Notes: generated by a model not told the origin, from the sequence alone. A stretch of DNA of 64,000 nt from a virus (IMGVR_UViG_3300027776_000001:23746-87745), one strand, 5' to 3'. Positions 19,228-28,023 are shown, counted from the stretch's first letter. Translations and numbers: made by a program.

Positions 19228-20034
19228 ATGGGCCGTTCAGCACGCTCAGAAGAAATTGAAGAAGCCATCAAACCACGCCGTGGTGCTAGCCGAAGGGCTA
19301 TCAAAGAAGCACCAAGGGCTATTAAAGAGAAGTTTGTCGAAGCAAGGCTGCAGAAAGTCTACACAATTTCAGCCAAGACAGAGAATCAGGCCAAGGCACT
19401 AGAAATGATGAAGAATCGTCAAGTTGTAGTGCTAAAAGGTAGTAGCGGAACAGGTAAGACATTCCTTGCGTGTGTACAAGCAGCGAATGAATACTTGAAG
19501 GGTAAAGTAAAGCGGATTGTTCTGATTCGTCCTTATGAACAGGTGGGTAAATCTATCGGTCTTCGTCCCGGTACAGGTGATGAAAAGCTGCGGCCTCTGA
19601 TGCAAAGTATGTTGCAAACCCTTGAACGTGTTTTCGGCAAAGCCGAGCTGGAGGCTAAGATCAATGAGGGTACGATTGTCCTTGAAGCCCTTGAAGATGT
19701 ACGTGGTCGCTCATATGCTGACGCATTCGTAATTGTAGATGAGCTACAAAACGTAGATGTGAAGGGTGTTAAGGCTCTGCTTACTCGACTTGAAGATACT
19801 AGCCGTTTGGTTGGTTGTGGTGATGGCAAGCAGAAGGATACTAAAGTCGAAAGCGGTATTGATTGGCTGGCAAAGGTAATGGACAAGGTCAAGAAAGAGC
19901 GCCCCCGTTACTTGAATGAAGATGATCTACGCCAAGCCTATGAAAACTTTGGTGTAGTAGAATTCAACAATGATGATATCGTCCGTGGTGGCTTCACTGC
20001 CCTGATGGTAAAAGTATTTGACGAAGAACAATAA
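19228..20034 (+). CDS. phoH: PhoH-like ATPase
   Basis: Walker A GSSGTGKTF, PhoH-type core (VLIRPYEQVG...VIVDELQN). Confidence 0.85.
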   Translation: MGRSARSEEIEEAIKPRRGASRRAIKEAPRAIKEKFVEARLQKVYTISAKTENQAKALEMMKNRQVVVLKGSSGTGKTFLACVQAANEYLKGKVKRIVLIRPYEQVGKSIGLRPGTGDEKLRPLMQSMLQTLERVFGKAELEAKINEGTIVLEALEDVRGRSYADAFVIVDELQNVDVKGVKALLTRLEDTSRLVGCGDGKQKDTKVESGIDWLAKVMDKVKKERPRYLNEDDLRQAYENFGVVEFNNDDIVRGGFTALMVKVFDEEQ

Positions 20035-20043
20035 GGAGAAATT

Positions 20044-20694
20044 ATGCGCAATAAGCAAATCAAAAACACACGTTTCGGTACAGAGTTTGATGGTGATAGC
20101 GCCCCATTCGCTGTACGTGCTCGTGGCTCAATGTCGTATAATTACGTAATTGACGTCTTCGGAGGTCTGGATAACCTGTCAGATATTCAGGATGCCATCT
20201 ATGCCCTGTCGATTGCTGAGGAAGATGACACTGTACAGATCAATTTGAACAGTCCCGGTGGCAGCATACACATTGCTGATACCCTGATCATGGCAATGAA
20301 GAAATGTCTAGCTCCAGTTCACATCATAGCTTCTGGCCAGATTTGTTCTGCTGCTACATTCATTATTCTCAGTGCAGATAGCTTTGAGATTAGCCCATTC
20401 ACCACTATCATGTGTCACTCTGCCTCTTATGGATTTGGTGGTAGTATGGAAGATGTACGGAATTACACAGAATTCCAGTTCAACCAGTGTATGAAGACCC
20501 TGCGTTACTACTACTTCGGCTTCCTGTCTGGTGAAGAAATTCACGATCTTGTTTACAATAAGCGTGAGCTGTGGATGGACAGCAAGGAGTTTGTGCAACG
20601 GTTTAAGAATCGTATGGAAGCAATCGAGAAGCTGAACTTGGAAGACACAGATGCAGAAGTATTGCAAGAAGTGATTGACAAAACCTACCAGTAA
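20044..20694 (+). CDS. ClpP-like serine protease (second copy, early region)
   Basis: NLNSPGGSIH, GQICSAATFI (Ser) and TIMCHSAS (His) resemble ClpP motifs. Confidence 0.55.
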   Translation: MRNKQIKNTRFGTEFDGDSAPFAVRARGSMSYNYVIDVFGGLDNLSDIQDAIYALSIAEEDDTVQINLNSPGGSIHIADTLIMAMKKCLAPVHIIASGQICSAATFIILSADSFEISPFTTIMCHSASYGFGGSMEDVRNYTEFQFNQCMKTLRYYYFGFLSGEEIHDLVYNKRELWMDSKEFVQRFKNRMEAIEKLNLEDTDAEVLQEVIDKTYQ

Positions 20695-20704
20695 GCGTAA
20701 TATG

Positions 20705-20737
20705 GCCCTACACGGTTTGTGTAGGGCTTTTATTTTT
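20705..20737 (+). terminator. rho-independent terminator
   Basis: GCCCTACAC-ggtttg-TGTAGGGC followed by TTTTATTTTT. Confidence 0.55.
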
Positions 20738-20749
20738 AGGAGAGACGAA

Positions 20750-21241
20750 ATGGCAAAATTTATTGTAGATTTTACACATGATGACATTCAGAGAGCTGCT
20801 GAGTTTGCAAAGAAACACCACAAGGATCAGATGTATGGTGATCGCCCCTACCATTATCATTTAGTTATGGTGGATATCAAAGTGCAAGAACTGTTTGGTC
20901 AGACTTTCAGGAATAGTGGCGAACTGTATTTCCTCCGTGTCTGTGCTTTCCTTCACGATGTTATAGAGGATACTGATGCTGATTTCAATGAGATTGAAAA
21001 TGAATTTGGACTAGCTGTAGCTGATACAGTTGCCCTCCTTACTCGTTTTGATGGCGAAACCAAAGAACACTATCTTGATGAACTTGTTCTCGATCCGTTT
21101 GCAGTGATGGTGAAGATCGCTGACACTCTATCTAATCTGGAACACAGCATCATGGCTGGTAACACTAGGCGTATCAACAAATATCGTAAGCAGCTTAGCT
21201 TCTTGCTCAAGCATCATAATCGTCATCTAGGAGCTGTGTAA
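20750..21241 (+). CDS. HD-domain phosphohydrolase, (p)ppGpp hydrolase-like
   Basis: HH...D and FLHDVIEDTD motifs of RelA/SpoT-type HD domain; ATG 20750 with GGAGAGA RBS. Confidence 0.6.
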   Translation: MAKFIVDFTHDDIQRAAEFAKKHHKDQMYGDRPYHYHLVMVDIKVQELFGQTFRNSGELYFLRVCAFLHDVIEDTDADFNEIENEFGLAVADTVALLTRFDGETKEHYLDELVLDPFAVMVKIADTLSNLEHSIMAGNTRRINKYRKQLSFLLKHHNRHLGAV

Positions 21242-21528
21242 TGAATGCTTCAGCATTGGCAGTGAGAATTCATTGTGACAAGCTTCTGAATGAATTTTAC
21301 GAAGCTGTTGACAAGCTTGACAGCATGGATGTATTCACGTACACTTTCTTTGTTGGAGATAGCGCAGAAGTATCTGACTATATGTTCAAGGAAATTTCCA
21401 AGAACAGCTTCTTCAGCAGCATTGAAGAGCTTGAGTCCGAAGATGACAATGGCGACACAGTGTTTTACATACATGTTAACTATGAACCAACATTGACACA
21501 GAAGTTGCTTGGTGCATTGAAAGGATAA
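21241..21528 (+). CDS. hypothetical protein
   Basis: 95 aa ORF, ATGA overlap with upstream gene. Confidence 0.35.
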   Translation: MNASALAVRIHCDKLLNEFYEAVDKLDSMDVFTYTFFVGDSAEVSDYMFKEISKNSFFSSIEELESEDDNGDTVFYIHVNYEPTLTQKLLGALKG

Positions 21529-21530
21529 TT

Positions 21531-21920
21531 ATGACTTTTAAGAAATTTAACACTTCTCTTTTCTATTGGTTCCTAGGAGCTTGCCTAGTAGCTTCTATAT
21601 TGTTCGGAGCTATGGCACTAGTGAAGAGCAATAGCCCTACACATCCAGATCAGCTTATGGAAACAGCAATCGAAGCTGTAAAGTTTAATTCCTACGACCC
21701 AGATTCTCTTCTGATAGAGGATATGTTGGTGAATTGGAACACACAATACAATCGCTACGTAGTGTGTGCTACATACAACGGCAAGAACCTCATGGGAGCT
21801 TATACAGGTAAGCAAGTGGTGGGTAGTGTGTTCTCTAAGGAAGGAGACTTCGAGAAGAATGTCTATGATGTAGACAATGTTCTTCATTATTGTATGGAAA
21901 ATGCGGAGGTGGTAAAGTGA
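21531..21920 (+). CDS. hypothetical protein with N-terminal transmembrane/signal segment
   Basis: 129 aa; hydrophobic N-terminus LFYWFLGACLVASILFGAMAL. Confidence 0.35.
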   Translation: MTFKKFNTSLFYWFLGACLVASILFGAMALVKSNSPTHPDQLMETAIEAVKFNSYDPDSLLIEDMLVNWNTQYNRYVVCATYNGKNLMGAYTGKQVVGSVFSKEGDFEKNVYDVDNVLHYCMENAEVVK

Positions 21921-22333
21921 AAGCTACGTATAGTCCTGACATAATCAAAGGAATCCTTGATCCTCTTCACTATACCTTGGCTCTAGCTGTTCTGGAAGCT
22001 CAACAGAAGTGTTTCCTAGAAATGGAGAAGCAGCTTGCTTCTGAACGTGCTCCTTTCTGGTATTCGCAGAGTAAGTGGGATAAGGTACAGAGTGAGAAGC
22101 TGCAGAAGTACAAGGACAGGATACAGAAGTACGGAGCTATCAGCAGTGCAGCTATGGCTGGTATCTGGACATACGCATATGCTCACGAAAATGAGCCTAA
22201 GCTTCATCGACTCTCTGTAACATGCGATCACATCACCAAACTAGCTAAATTGATTGCACAAAACCAAAGATCAGAGTATGTTACGTTGTCTGAAGAAGAT
22301 TTGAATCAGATACGACTAGCAAGAAGCTACTAA
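21890..22333 (+). CDS. hypothetical protein
   Basis: 147 aa ORF (start uncertain). Confidence 0.3.
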   Translation: MYGKCGGGKVKATYSPDIIKGILDPLHYTLALAVLEAQQKCFLEMEKQLASERAPFWYSQSKWDKVQSEKLQKYKDRIQKYGAISSAAMAGIWTYAYAHENEPKLHRLSVTCDHITKLAKLIAQNQRSEYVTLSEEDLNQIRLARSY

Positions 22334-22438
22334 ACCATAGGAATTACTGGGGAATTTGATAGGGTAAAGACGCTATCTCAATGAGGGTGGCACATACCCC
22401 TATCATGCCAAGTACGGAAGGAATTATAGGTCAAAAAC

Positions 22439-22807
22439 ATGAGTAATCTTACAAGACTGATCACACAGGAAGAAAGAGAAGCAGCAGCTACCACTAGAGC
22501 AGCTAACCATGCTAAAGCTAAAGTGACGTACAATCAGCATCTTCCTGAAGATTCCCTATGGCAGAGCTTAGCAAAGAAGCACAATGTCAAGCTAGCTAGA
22601 AGCACTAAAGCTCCTACACCAGTAGGACTTAAGAAATTTGCAAATGAATTAGGCTATACTGATGGAGAGTGGCAAACTGTGTTGTTTGGACACGAAGGAC
22701 TAACACTAAGCGTATCTAAGGCTATCAAGCTACAGAATGAACGGAAAGGAGAAGGCAAATGGGAATCACTGAGGGAACTGCAGGGGTATCTTCTGGAGGC
22801 ACTGTGA
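22439..22807 (+). CDS. hypothetical protein
   Basis: 122 aa ORF. Confidence 0.35.
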   Translation: MSNLTRLITQEEREAAATTRAANHAKAKVTYNQHLPEDSLWQSLAKKHNVKLARSTKAPTPVGLKKFANELGYTDGEWQTVLFGHEGLTLSVSKAIKLQNERKGEGKWESLRELQGYLLEAL

Positions 22808-22983
22808 ATGAAGTTCAAGCCAAGCCCTCGCCCCAAGTACTTTACTCCTGTACCTAGATGGTGGAGAGCTAAAGCTTGGTACATACTCAAGGCTAGGATG
22901 CCAGAGCATGCTCATCTGTACCTGTTGTATGAAGATAGGTATAGAGATATAATTTGGTGTTAAGATAAAATTAGGAGAACACA

Positions 22984-23169
22984 ATGAAGCCAAGCATCAA
23001 ATTGACACGTAATCCTTTTACAGGGGAAGCTCTCTATGAGTGTAGAGGATTTAAGCCGTATGGTGATGTCATCAGAGGGATGTATATAGTTGTTGGTTAC
23101 GGAAGCACTCCTGTAGAGGCTTACTATGACTGGAAAATAAATTCTCCTAAAGCTATTGACAAATGGTAA
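22984..23169 (+). CDS. hypothetical protein
   Basis: 61 aa ORF with AGGAGAA RBS. Confidence 0.35.
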   Translation: MKPSIKLTRNPFTGEALYECRGFKPYGDVIRGMYIVVGYGSTPVEAYYDWKINSPKAIDKW

Positions 23170-23374
23170 TCTTGTGGTAGGATAGAAATGAAATCCTCAG
23201 AAATGAGGTGGACAAGCTCAAGGGAACTCAGGGAGAAGCTCCTTAGACCACAGGACGGACAAGTCTTAGGGAATCTAGGGAGAAGCTATATGGGGTACTG
23301 CGTATGATATCTTGTAAAGTATCTTACAGAAGTCTTGTGGGGGGTAGGGGGGAGTATTGAAAAAGAATTTGTAA

Positions 23375-23405
23375 AGGCAGACTGTTGAGGTCTGCCTTTT
23401 ATTTT
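23375..23405 (+). terminator. rho-independent terminator
   Basis: AGGCAGAC-tgttgag-GTCTGCCT followed by TTTTATTTT. Confidence 0.6.
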
Positions 23406-23421
23406 GTCTAGAGGAGATAGA

Positions 23422-23811
23422 ATGGAAGACAGTAATTATTATGCAGATGATGCTGCCATCATTGATGCGTTGAGCAACGTGATGTACATACCTAGTGATT
23501 GTACAAAACTAACACTAGAACTAGAAGTGTATAAGCTCACTACTGAATGCCTACCTACCAGTCGTGTCCACTTAGGAGAGTCGGAGAAGAGCAGCAGCTT
23601 CAATATCGTGTTCACAGAAAAGGAACTTGCAGCTATTGCAGGAGCATTGTGGTTGGTGAGAGTGGATAACGATATCATCTTCGGAATCAACAATAAGCTG
23701 GGTGGTGTCCTAGAAGAATATCAAGATCGTATGTATGATCATGTACGTTGTAGCTATTCCCCAGATGAGGGACTCACTGTTGAACTGAAAGATTACGTAG
23801 ACAGCTTGTAA
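23422..23811 (+). CDS. hypothetical protein
   Basis: ATG 23422 (MEDSNYY) with AGGAGA RBS; 129 aa. Confidence 0.35.
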   Translation: MEDSNYYADDAAIIDALSNVMYIPSDCTKLTLELEVYKLTTECLPTSRVHLGESEKSSSFNIVFTEKELAAIAGALWLVRVDNDIIFGINNKLGGVLEEYQDRMYDHVRCSYSPDEGLTVELKDYVDSL

Positions 23812-23824
23812 AATAAATTATAGA

Positions 23825-23858
23825 AGCCCCTTCACAGAAATGTGTTGGGGCTTTTTCT
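23825..23858 (+). terminator. rho-independent terminator
   Basis: AGCCCC...GGGGCT stem followed by TTTTT. Confidence 0.5.
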
Positions 23859-23940
23859 ATTTCTGGACAGGACAACGTATTGTGTCATCTTGTAATGGCA
23901 TTTTGTCAAATTTCTATGAAAAATTTTTCTGTAGATGGCA

Positions 23941-23955
23941 TGTTACATTGTAACA
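23941..23955. repeat. 15-bp perfect palindrome TGTTACA-T-TGTAACA (operator-like site, copy 1)
   Basis: 7-1-7 inverted repeat in non-coding region. Confidence 0.5.
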
Positions 23956-24390
23956 AAATTGTAGGAGTGATTATAGAAGACTTTAGGAATAGCTTGGGGA
24001 GTAGGCTTACCAAGAGGTAAGGGATTGGGAAAGGATTATTAGGAAAATTGGTAATTTACTTATTCATGGTACTGAAAAATTACTAAATTACTTCTGTATG
24101 GTTTAATAGACCCGGAATGAGTCTTGTTCTCATTGCCCTCACAATCAAAATATCACGCTCTTGTCAAGTATCCCCGTCTAGTAGCCGATGAACGGTCATT
24201 GCATAATGCCTGTCAAATGCACCTTACTTTACATAATGAGTGTTATGCGAAGTCACTTTAGATACCGTCTGTCGGATAGTAATAGGCTTGCATCATGCTT
24301 ACAGAATGTCTTGTTCTAGCACTGATCCGTAGCATTAGCACGTATTTCCCATGCACAGAATGACATTCCACCAGTATTTGCATGATGTAA

Positions 24391-24405
24391 TGTTATAATG
24401 TAACA
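24391..24405. repeat. near-palindrome TGTTATA-A-TGTAACA (operator-like site, copy 2)
   Basis: one mismatch from copy 1, 450 bp downstream, same non-coding region. Confidence 0.45.
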
Positions 24406-24411
24406 TTTTGA

Positions 24412-24640
24412 GTGAACACTCGTTTACTGACTCGTCACACACCACACATTCCTTTCCCCTATACCCAAGCCCTGTACAAGTGCTTACACCATGCTTACAC
24501 AGTCCTTACAAGGACAGGGAGGAAGCCTCAGCCAACCCCCTTAGTAGCCACTCACACTAAACGTTGCACAGACACGTACAATTCCTCACATAAACACACA
24601 TACAAGGCACTATACACATACCCCCATGTAGGGGTGTAGC
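24412..24640 (+). repeat. CA-rich, G-poor low-complexity tract with 11-bp-phased GCTTACAC repeats
   Basis: strong strand asymmetry; GCTTACACCATGCTTACACAGTCCTTACAAGG; ACACATA repeats. Confidence 0.5.
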
Positions 24641-24793
24641 TCCCCCGTGGTAGGTAGTCTGTAAGACCCTTTAGAATGCCTGTAACAAAGCCTTCCATAA
24701 TAAGCCCTTAATAAGAACACTAATAATAATGCTTCTCATTCCTCTTAGCAGATAAAAGAAAAGGACAAGCCGTTAAGCTTGTCCTCCCTCGCA

Positions 24794-25069
24794 TTACACT
24801 GTCCGTGGTTTAATAGCTAGTCTGTAGCTGTACCTTATCCCCTTGAATGTACCCCTCTTATTCCACCCCTCAATAAGTCTCAGTGCTGCTGCTATTGGTA
24901 TACCCTTCTCTGTTAATACTTCATGTACAGATGATGCCTGAATCTCAGTGAAAGGGTATTCCTTAGTATGGCTTGACCCAGTGCTGTCATAGTAGACAGT
25001 GCATTCGTAGTGGGTATAGTGGTCAAACAAGCAACTTAGTAAGCGTTCTTCTTTAGTCTCAATAGACAT
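24794..25069 (-). CDS. hypothetical protein
   Basis: 91 aa ORF. Confidence 0.3.
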   Translation of the reverse strand: MSIETKEERLLSCLFDHYTHYECTVYYDSTGSSHTKEYPFTEIQASSVHEVLTEKGIPIAAALRLIEGWNKRGTFKGIRYSYRLAIKPRTV

Positions 25070-25250
25070 GGTTATCTTCCCCGTTCCAGCGCTTTATGAA
25101 TAATTCACAAGATTCCTTGCTCCCCTTATGTAATGCCTTATTATTAAGCATTACACAATACACCCCTTTAAGCAAGCCCGGCTTGATCGCCTTGATATTG
25201 CTGTTTGTCAACATACGCTAGTCTTTCTTGTTATTGAGGAAATGAGCTTG

Positions 25251-25934
25251 TTATATTGCCTTGAGCATAATGGCCTTGTCCATCTTCTTCTTGGATGTAC
25301 CATGGGCAGGGAATCCAACAATAGGCCTTGTTTCGCTATTGTTAGCACACAGCTTACAATCTAGGCATGTAATGTCGTCCTTAATCGTAGCTGGGCAAAT
25401 CACCACAGAATTACCTTGTGGAGTCTTGATATTCTCCTTTGTGTCGCTTGTCACCACTACCACAACAGGGCCGATGCCCAAGGCCTTGAGCTTATCAGCA
25501 TCACCCAATGACTTAGCAGAAAGGTTAACTGTGAACCCTGCTTCATTCATTTCCTTGATAGCCTTAGCATTGACTGCATTTTCTGGCCTGTAATGAGTGT
25601 ATGTGAATGCTTTCAGATGGCTTGAGGCTCTAGCCAATTGCTCACACATGTGGATATTGATCGTCTCACCATCCCCCGGTAAGTCTCCAGCTTGGTTATG
25701 GCGGAAAAGCCTATTAGGCTCGATTGCCTGTATCTGGTGCAAGAAACGATCCCACTCCACGCCACGCTTACCATTATCCACAGCACGCCAATGCATACCT
25801 AATGTGCCGACCTTTGCATAGCAGCCAGATTCTTTCAGCTCACAAGAATTTGGACAGGTGTCGCTGCTAGTGGTGGATACGACAATAGGGCCGGTCTTGG
25901 AATTGTTGCTAGCTGGGGTGAGGTGAAAGCGCAT
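25251..25934 (-). CDS. hypothetical Cys-rich protein (putative metal-binding enzyme)
   Basis: 227 aa; TCPNSC..GCY near N-terminus and ICPATIKDDITCLDCKLC (C-x10-C-x2-C-x2-C) near C-terminus. Confidence 0.35.
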   Translation of the reverse strand: MRFHLTPASNNSKTGPIVVSTTSSDTCPNSCELKESGCYAKVGTLGMHWRAVDNGKRGVEWDRFLHQIQAIEPNRLFRHNQAGDLPGDGETINIHMCEQLARASSHLKAFTYTHYRPENAVNAKAIKEMNEAGFTVNLSAKSLGDADKLKALGIGPVVVVVTSDTKENIKTPQGNSVVICPATIKDDITCLDCKLCANNSETRPIVGFPAHGTSKKKMDKAIMLKAI

Positions 25935-25972
25935 GGTGCTATCCTTTTGAATGTTGAGGGAGTGCTATTCTA

Positions 25973-26476
25973 CTAAAAGCGGGTTGTCTGTGCAAGCGCA
26001 TCAGCACAAAAGAAGCAATCCAGAAAGACAAGCTTACCATTGCTTACACGAACATTACGCGGGCTTATCTCAAAGCGCATGCTCTCATTGCAATAGTTAG
26101 CGAAATTGTCAACAAACTCTAGCAATGCTTCTTTTTCGTCTGATTCAGGGAGCGTTTCAACCATTTCCCTAATTTCATAGTATCCCCTGTTTTCACAGGA
26201 TACCTTACGCAAGGACTGATAAATCTTCCATGATTCAGGGCTGATACTGCCCTTGATGGCTGCAGAAGTCTTGCCGTAGTAGGGCATGGAATAGACATAG
26301 CCCTTAGAATCATCGTAATTCAGCTTACTCACCTTGGGGAAGTGTCCGCCATCAACAGGAAACATGGCAAGACAATCTTTGGCAGGGCATGAACTAACTA
26401 CTGTCACATTGTCGCTATCGCCATCACGATACACCCTTGAGAATGCACCCTTGCCGATCAGTTTGCCGTATTTCAT
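25973..26476 (-). CDS. hypothetical protein with possible degenerate protein-kinase-like motifs
   Basis: 167 aa; IGKGAFSRVY resembles glycine-rich loop; EISPRNVRV..KLVFLDCFF loosely resembles catalytic/DFG region. Confidence 0.3.
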   Translation of the reverse strand: MKYGKLIGKGAFSRVYRDGDSDNVTVVSSCPAKDCLAMFPVDGGHFPKVSKLNYDDSKGYVYSMPYYGKTSAAIKGSISPESWKIYQSLRKVSCENRGYYEIREMVETLPESDEKEALLEFVDNFANYCNESMRFEISPRNVRVSNGKLVFLDCFFCADALAQTTRF

Positions 26477-26571
26477 GTTAATACCCTGTTAGCGGTTATT
26501 CTACAATTAGCGCCTATTCCTAAGCGCTAATAATTGAATAACTGATGTGTTTCAACGCACGCTGTTATGCA

Positions 26572-26856
26572 TTAACGAATGTTAATGCTACCACAAAGCA
26601 TAGCGACATTGTAAATTGTTTCAGGCTTGATGGAGCAGAATTCTCCCTTACCCTTGCCGCTCATTACCTTGACCAACAGATTGCCATTCTTGTCAATGTA
26701 AGGGGCTGGCTTTCCTTCGCTATCCAGACAACCAAGGCGACAATTGATCTTGCGGCCTTCCCCATCTGATATTTTCTCGAATTGCACAGTGAAGAAGCGG
26801 CCCACGTTAGCCTGGATGATTGTAGCGTTGATACGGCTTTTCTCTTGACGATTCAT
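26572..26856 (-). CDS. hypothetical protein
   Basis: internal ATG (MNRQEKSR) chosen; 94 aa. Confidence 0.3.
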   Translation of the reverse strand: MNRQEKSRINATIIQANVGRFFTVQFEKISDGEGRKINCRLGCLDSEGKPAPYIDKNGNLLVKVMSGKGKGEFCSIKPETIYNVAMLCGSINIR

Positions 26857-27011
26857 GATTCTATCCTTATTGATGTTAGACGTTGCTTTGCCATTGGTTG
26901 CGCTTATCAAAGCGCTGTTGCTGCTGTGCCTTTGGCCTGTTGCTCTGCTGCTGTTGCCAAGTCTGCTTAGGCTTGGAGCTAGTAATCTTTTGCTTTGTGC
27001 TATTGCTGTGC

Positions 27012-27040
27012 ATTCTAAAGTCCTTTTGTTAGTCTGTCAA
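27012..27040 (-). promoter_or_regulatory. sigma70-like promoter TTGACA-17-TAGAAT
   Basis: minus strand TTGACAGACTAACAAAAGGACTTTAGAAT. Confidence 0.4.
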
Positions 27041-27042
27041 GC

Positions 27043-27399
27043 TTATTCAGAAGCTGACACAATAAACACGGTAGGCTTAGGGCCGCGCACCTTTGTTTCC
27101 AACTTCTTACTAGCCTTAATTTTGCCTGCTTTCTCCAAAGAGCGCAAGCAATTTGTTGCTTCCGGTGCTGTCAGGCCACAAGCTGCAGCTACATCCTTAG
27201 CTGTTGCGCTACTTACCTTCTGCATATGCTCATACACAGTATTGATACGGCTTTCTGTCTTCTCGCTGACAGAACGACCACTCTTAGGCACTGTGCCGAT
27301 AAGTTGGCAAGCAAATTGCGTAGCCTTGTCCTTACTAATCTTGTTGGCCTTAGCGAAGGCTTGAACAAGCGCGGCTTGGTTCTCATTGATAGTTTGCAT
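27043..27399 (-). CDS. winged-helix DNA-binding protein (putative transcriptional regulator)
   Basis: 118 aa; C-terminal wHTH-like segment VAAACGLTAPEATNCLRSLEKAGKI. Confidence 0.4.
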   Translation of the reverse strand: MQTINENQAALVQAFAKANKISKDKATQFACQLIGTVPKSGRSVSEKTESRINTVYEHMQKVSSATAKDVAAACGLTAPEATNCLRSLEKAGKIKASKKLETKVRGPKPTVFIVSASE

Positions 27400-27427
27400 T
27401 TGGGGTGTCCTTTCTTAGCTAAGGCTG

Positions 27428-27631
27428 TTAGTTGGCACGGATTACAACAATGTTAGAATCATACCCATCGTGATAGACAAACGATTCTTTGACATACTGA
27501 GCATCGCAGTCCCTGCTGTAGAACACTTCATCTATCAGATGCTTATTCAAATACACAAGCCACTTTTTCATGATAGTTCCTTGGGGTTTAGCTAACAAAC
27601 ACATTCTAAACAAAACCCTAACTAGTGTCAA
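27428..27631 (-). CDS. hypothetical protein
   Basis: 67 aa ORF. Confidence 0.3.
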   Translation of the reverse strand: MTLVRVLFRMCLLAKPQGTIMKKWLVYLNKHLIDEVFYSRDCDAQYVKESFVYHDGYDSNIVVIRAN

Positions 27632-27650
27632 GGCTTTGTATGGACGGTGC

Positions 27651-27806
27651 TTAAGAACGCTGGTATTTACTCAAGCTTGCAACAAGCGTAGCCTTCTCCA
27701 CCTGACGGGCATAACGCTTACCAACAGGAGCGCTTGCTCCCAAGTCTACCAACTTGCCGAATTTGGCGGAACGGGCTTGAGCGCGGGAAGAGAAAAAGAT
27801 ATTCAT
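27651..27806 (-). CDS. hypothetical small basic protein
   Basis: internal ATG (MNIFFSS); 51 aa. Confidence 0.25.
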   Translation of the reverse strand: MNIFFSSRAQARSAKFGKLVDLGASAPVGKRYARQVEKATLVASLSKYQRS

Positions 27807-27837
27807 GTTTGTTTCCTTGTTGGGGTTGATTAGTCTA

Positions 27838-28023
27838 CTACTGGCCGAGAGCCTGCAAGCGCGCTGCCTCTTTCTCGTACATTTCTGCTTCACGAGTGTG
27901 AATTCTGATTGAATCAACAGTCTTATATGGACGTTTTGCCCATGCCCTTTCATTTGCAGCGGCTGCCAGCCAATAGGCCGAAGTTTCTGATGGATGCAGT
28001 TGAGCGGTTTGCTTGGTGTCCAT
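27838..28023 (-). CDS. hypothetical protein
   Basis: 61 aa ORF downstream of promoter 28065..28093. Confidence 0.3.
   Translation of the reverse strand: MDTKQTAQLHPSETSAYWLAAAANERAWAKRPYKTVDSIRIHTREAEMYEKEAARLQALGQ

Noticed and set aside
23339-23355. G6-TA-G6 and G5-CTA-G5 tracts as G-quadruplex elements
   Set aside because: There are only two G-runs per copy, insufficient for an intramolecular quadruplex. They are treated as part of a conserved 26-bp sequence motif rather than a structural G4 call.
26880-27013. 44-aa Gln-rich minus-strand ORF (MHSNSTKQK...QQQQSN...) between two annotated genes
   Set aside because: Its ATG lies inside the -10 hexamer of the TTGACA-17-TAGAAT promoter I called at 27012-27040, so it could not be translated from that transcript. 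There is no RBS. It is more likely promoter or leader sequence.
26855-27364. 169-aa Leu/Ala-rich plus-strand 'membrane protein' ORF
   Set aside because: It is antisense to the wHTH regulator gene and an adjacent promoter. Its low-complexity sequence is typical of a GC-rich antisense frame.
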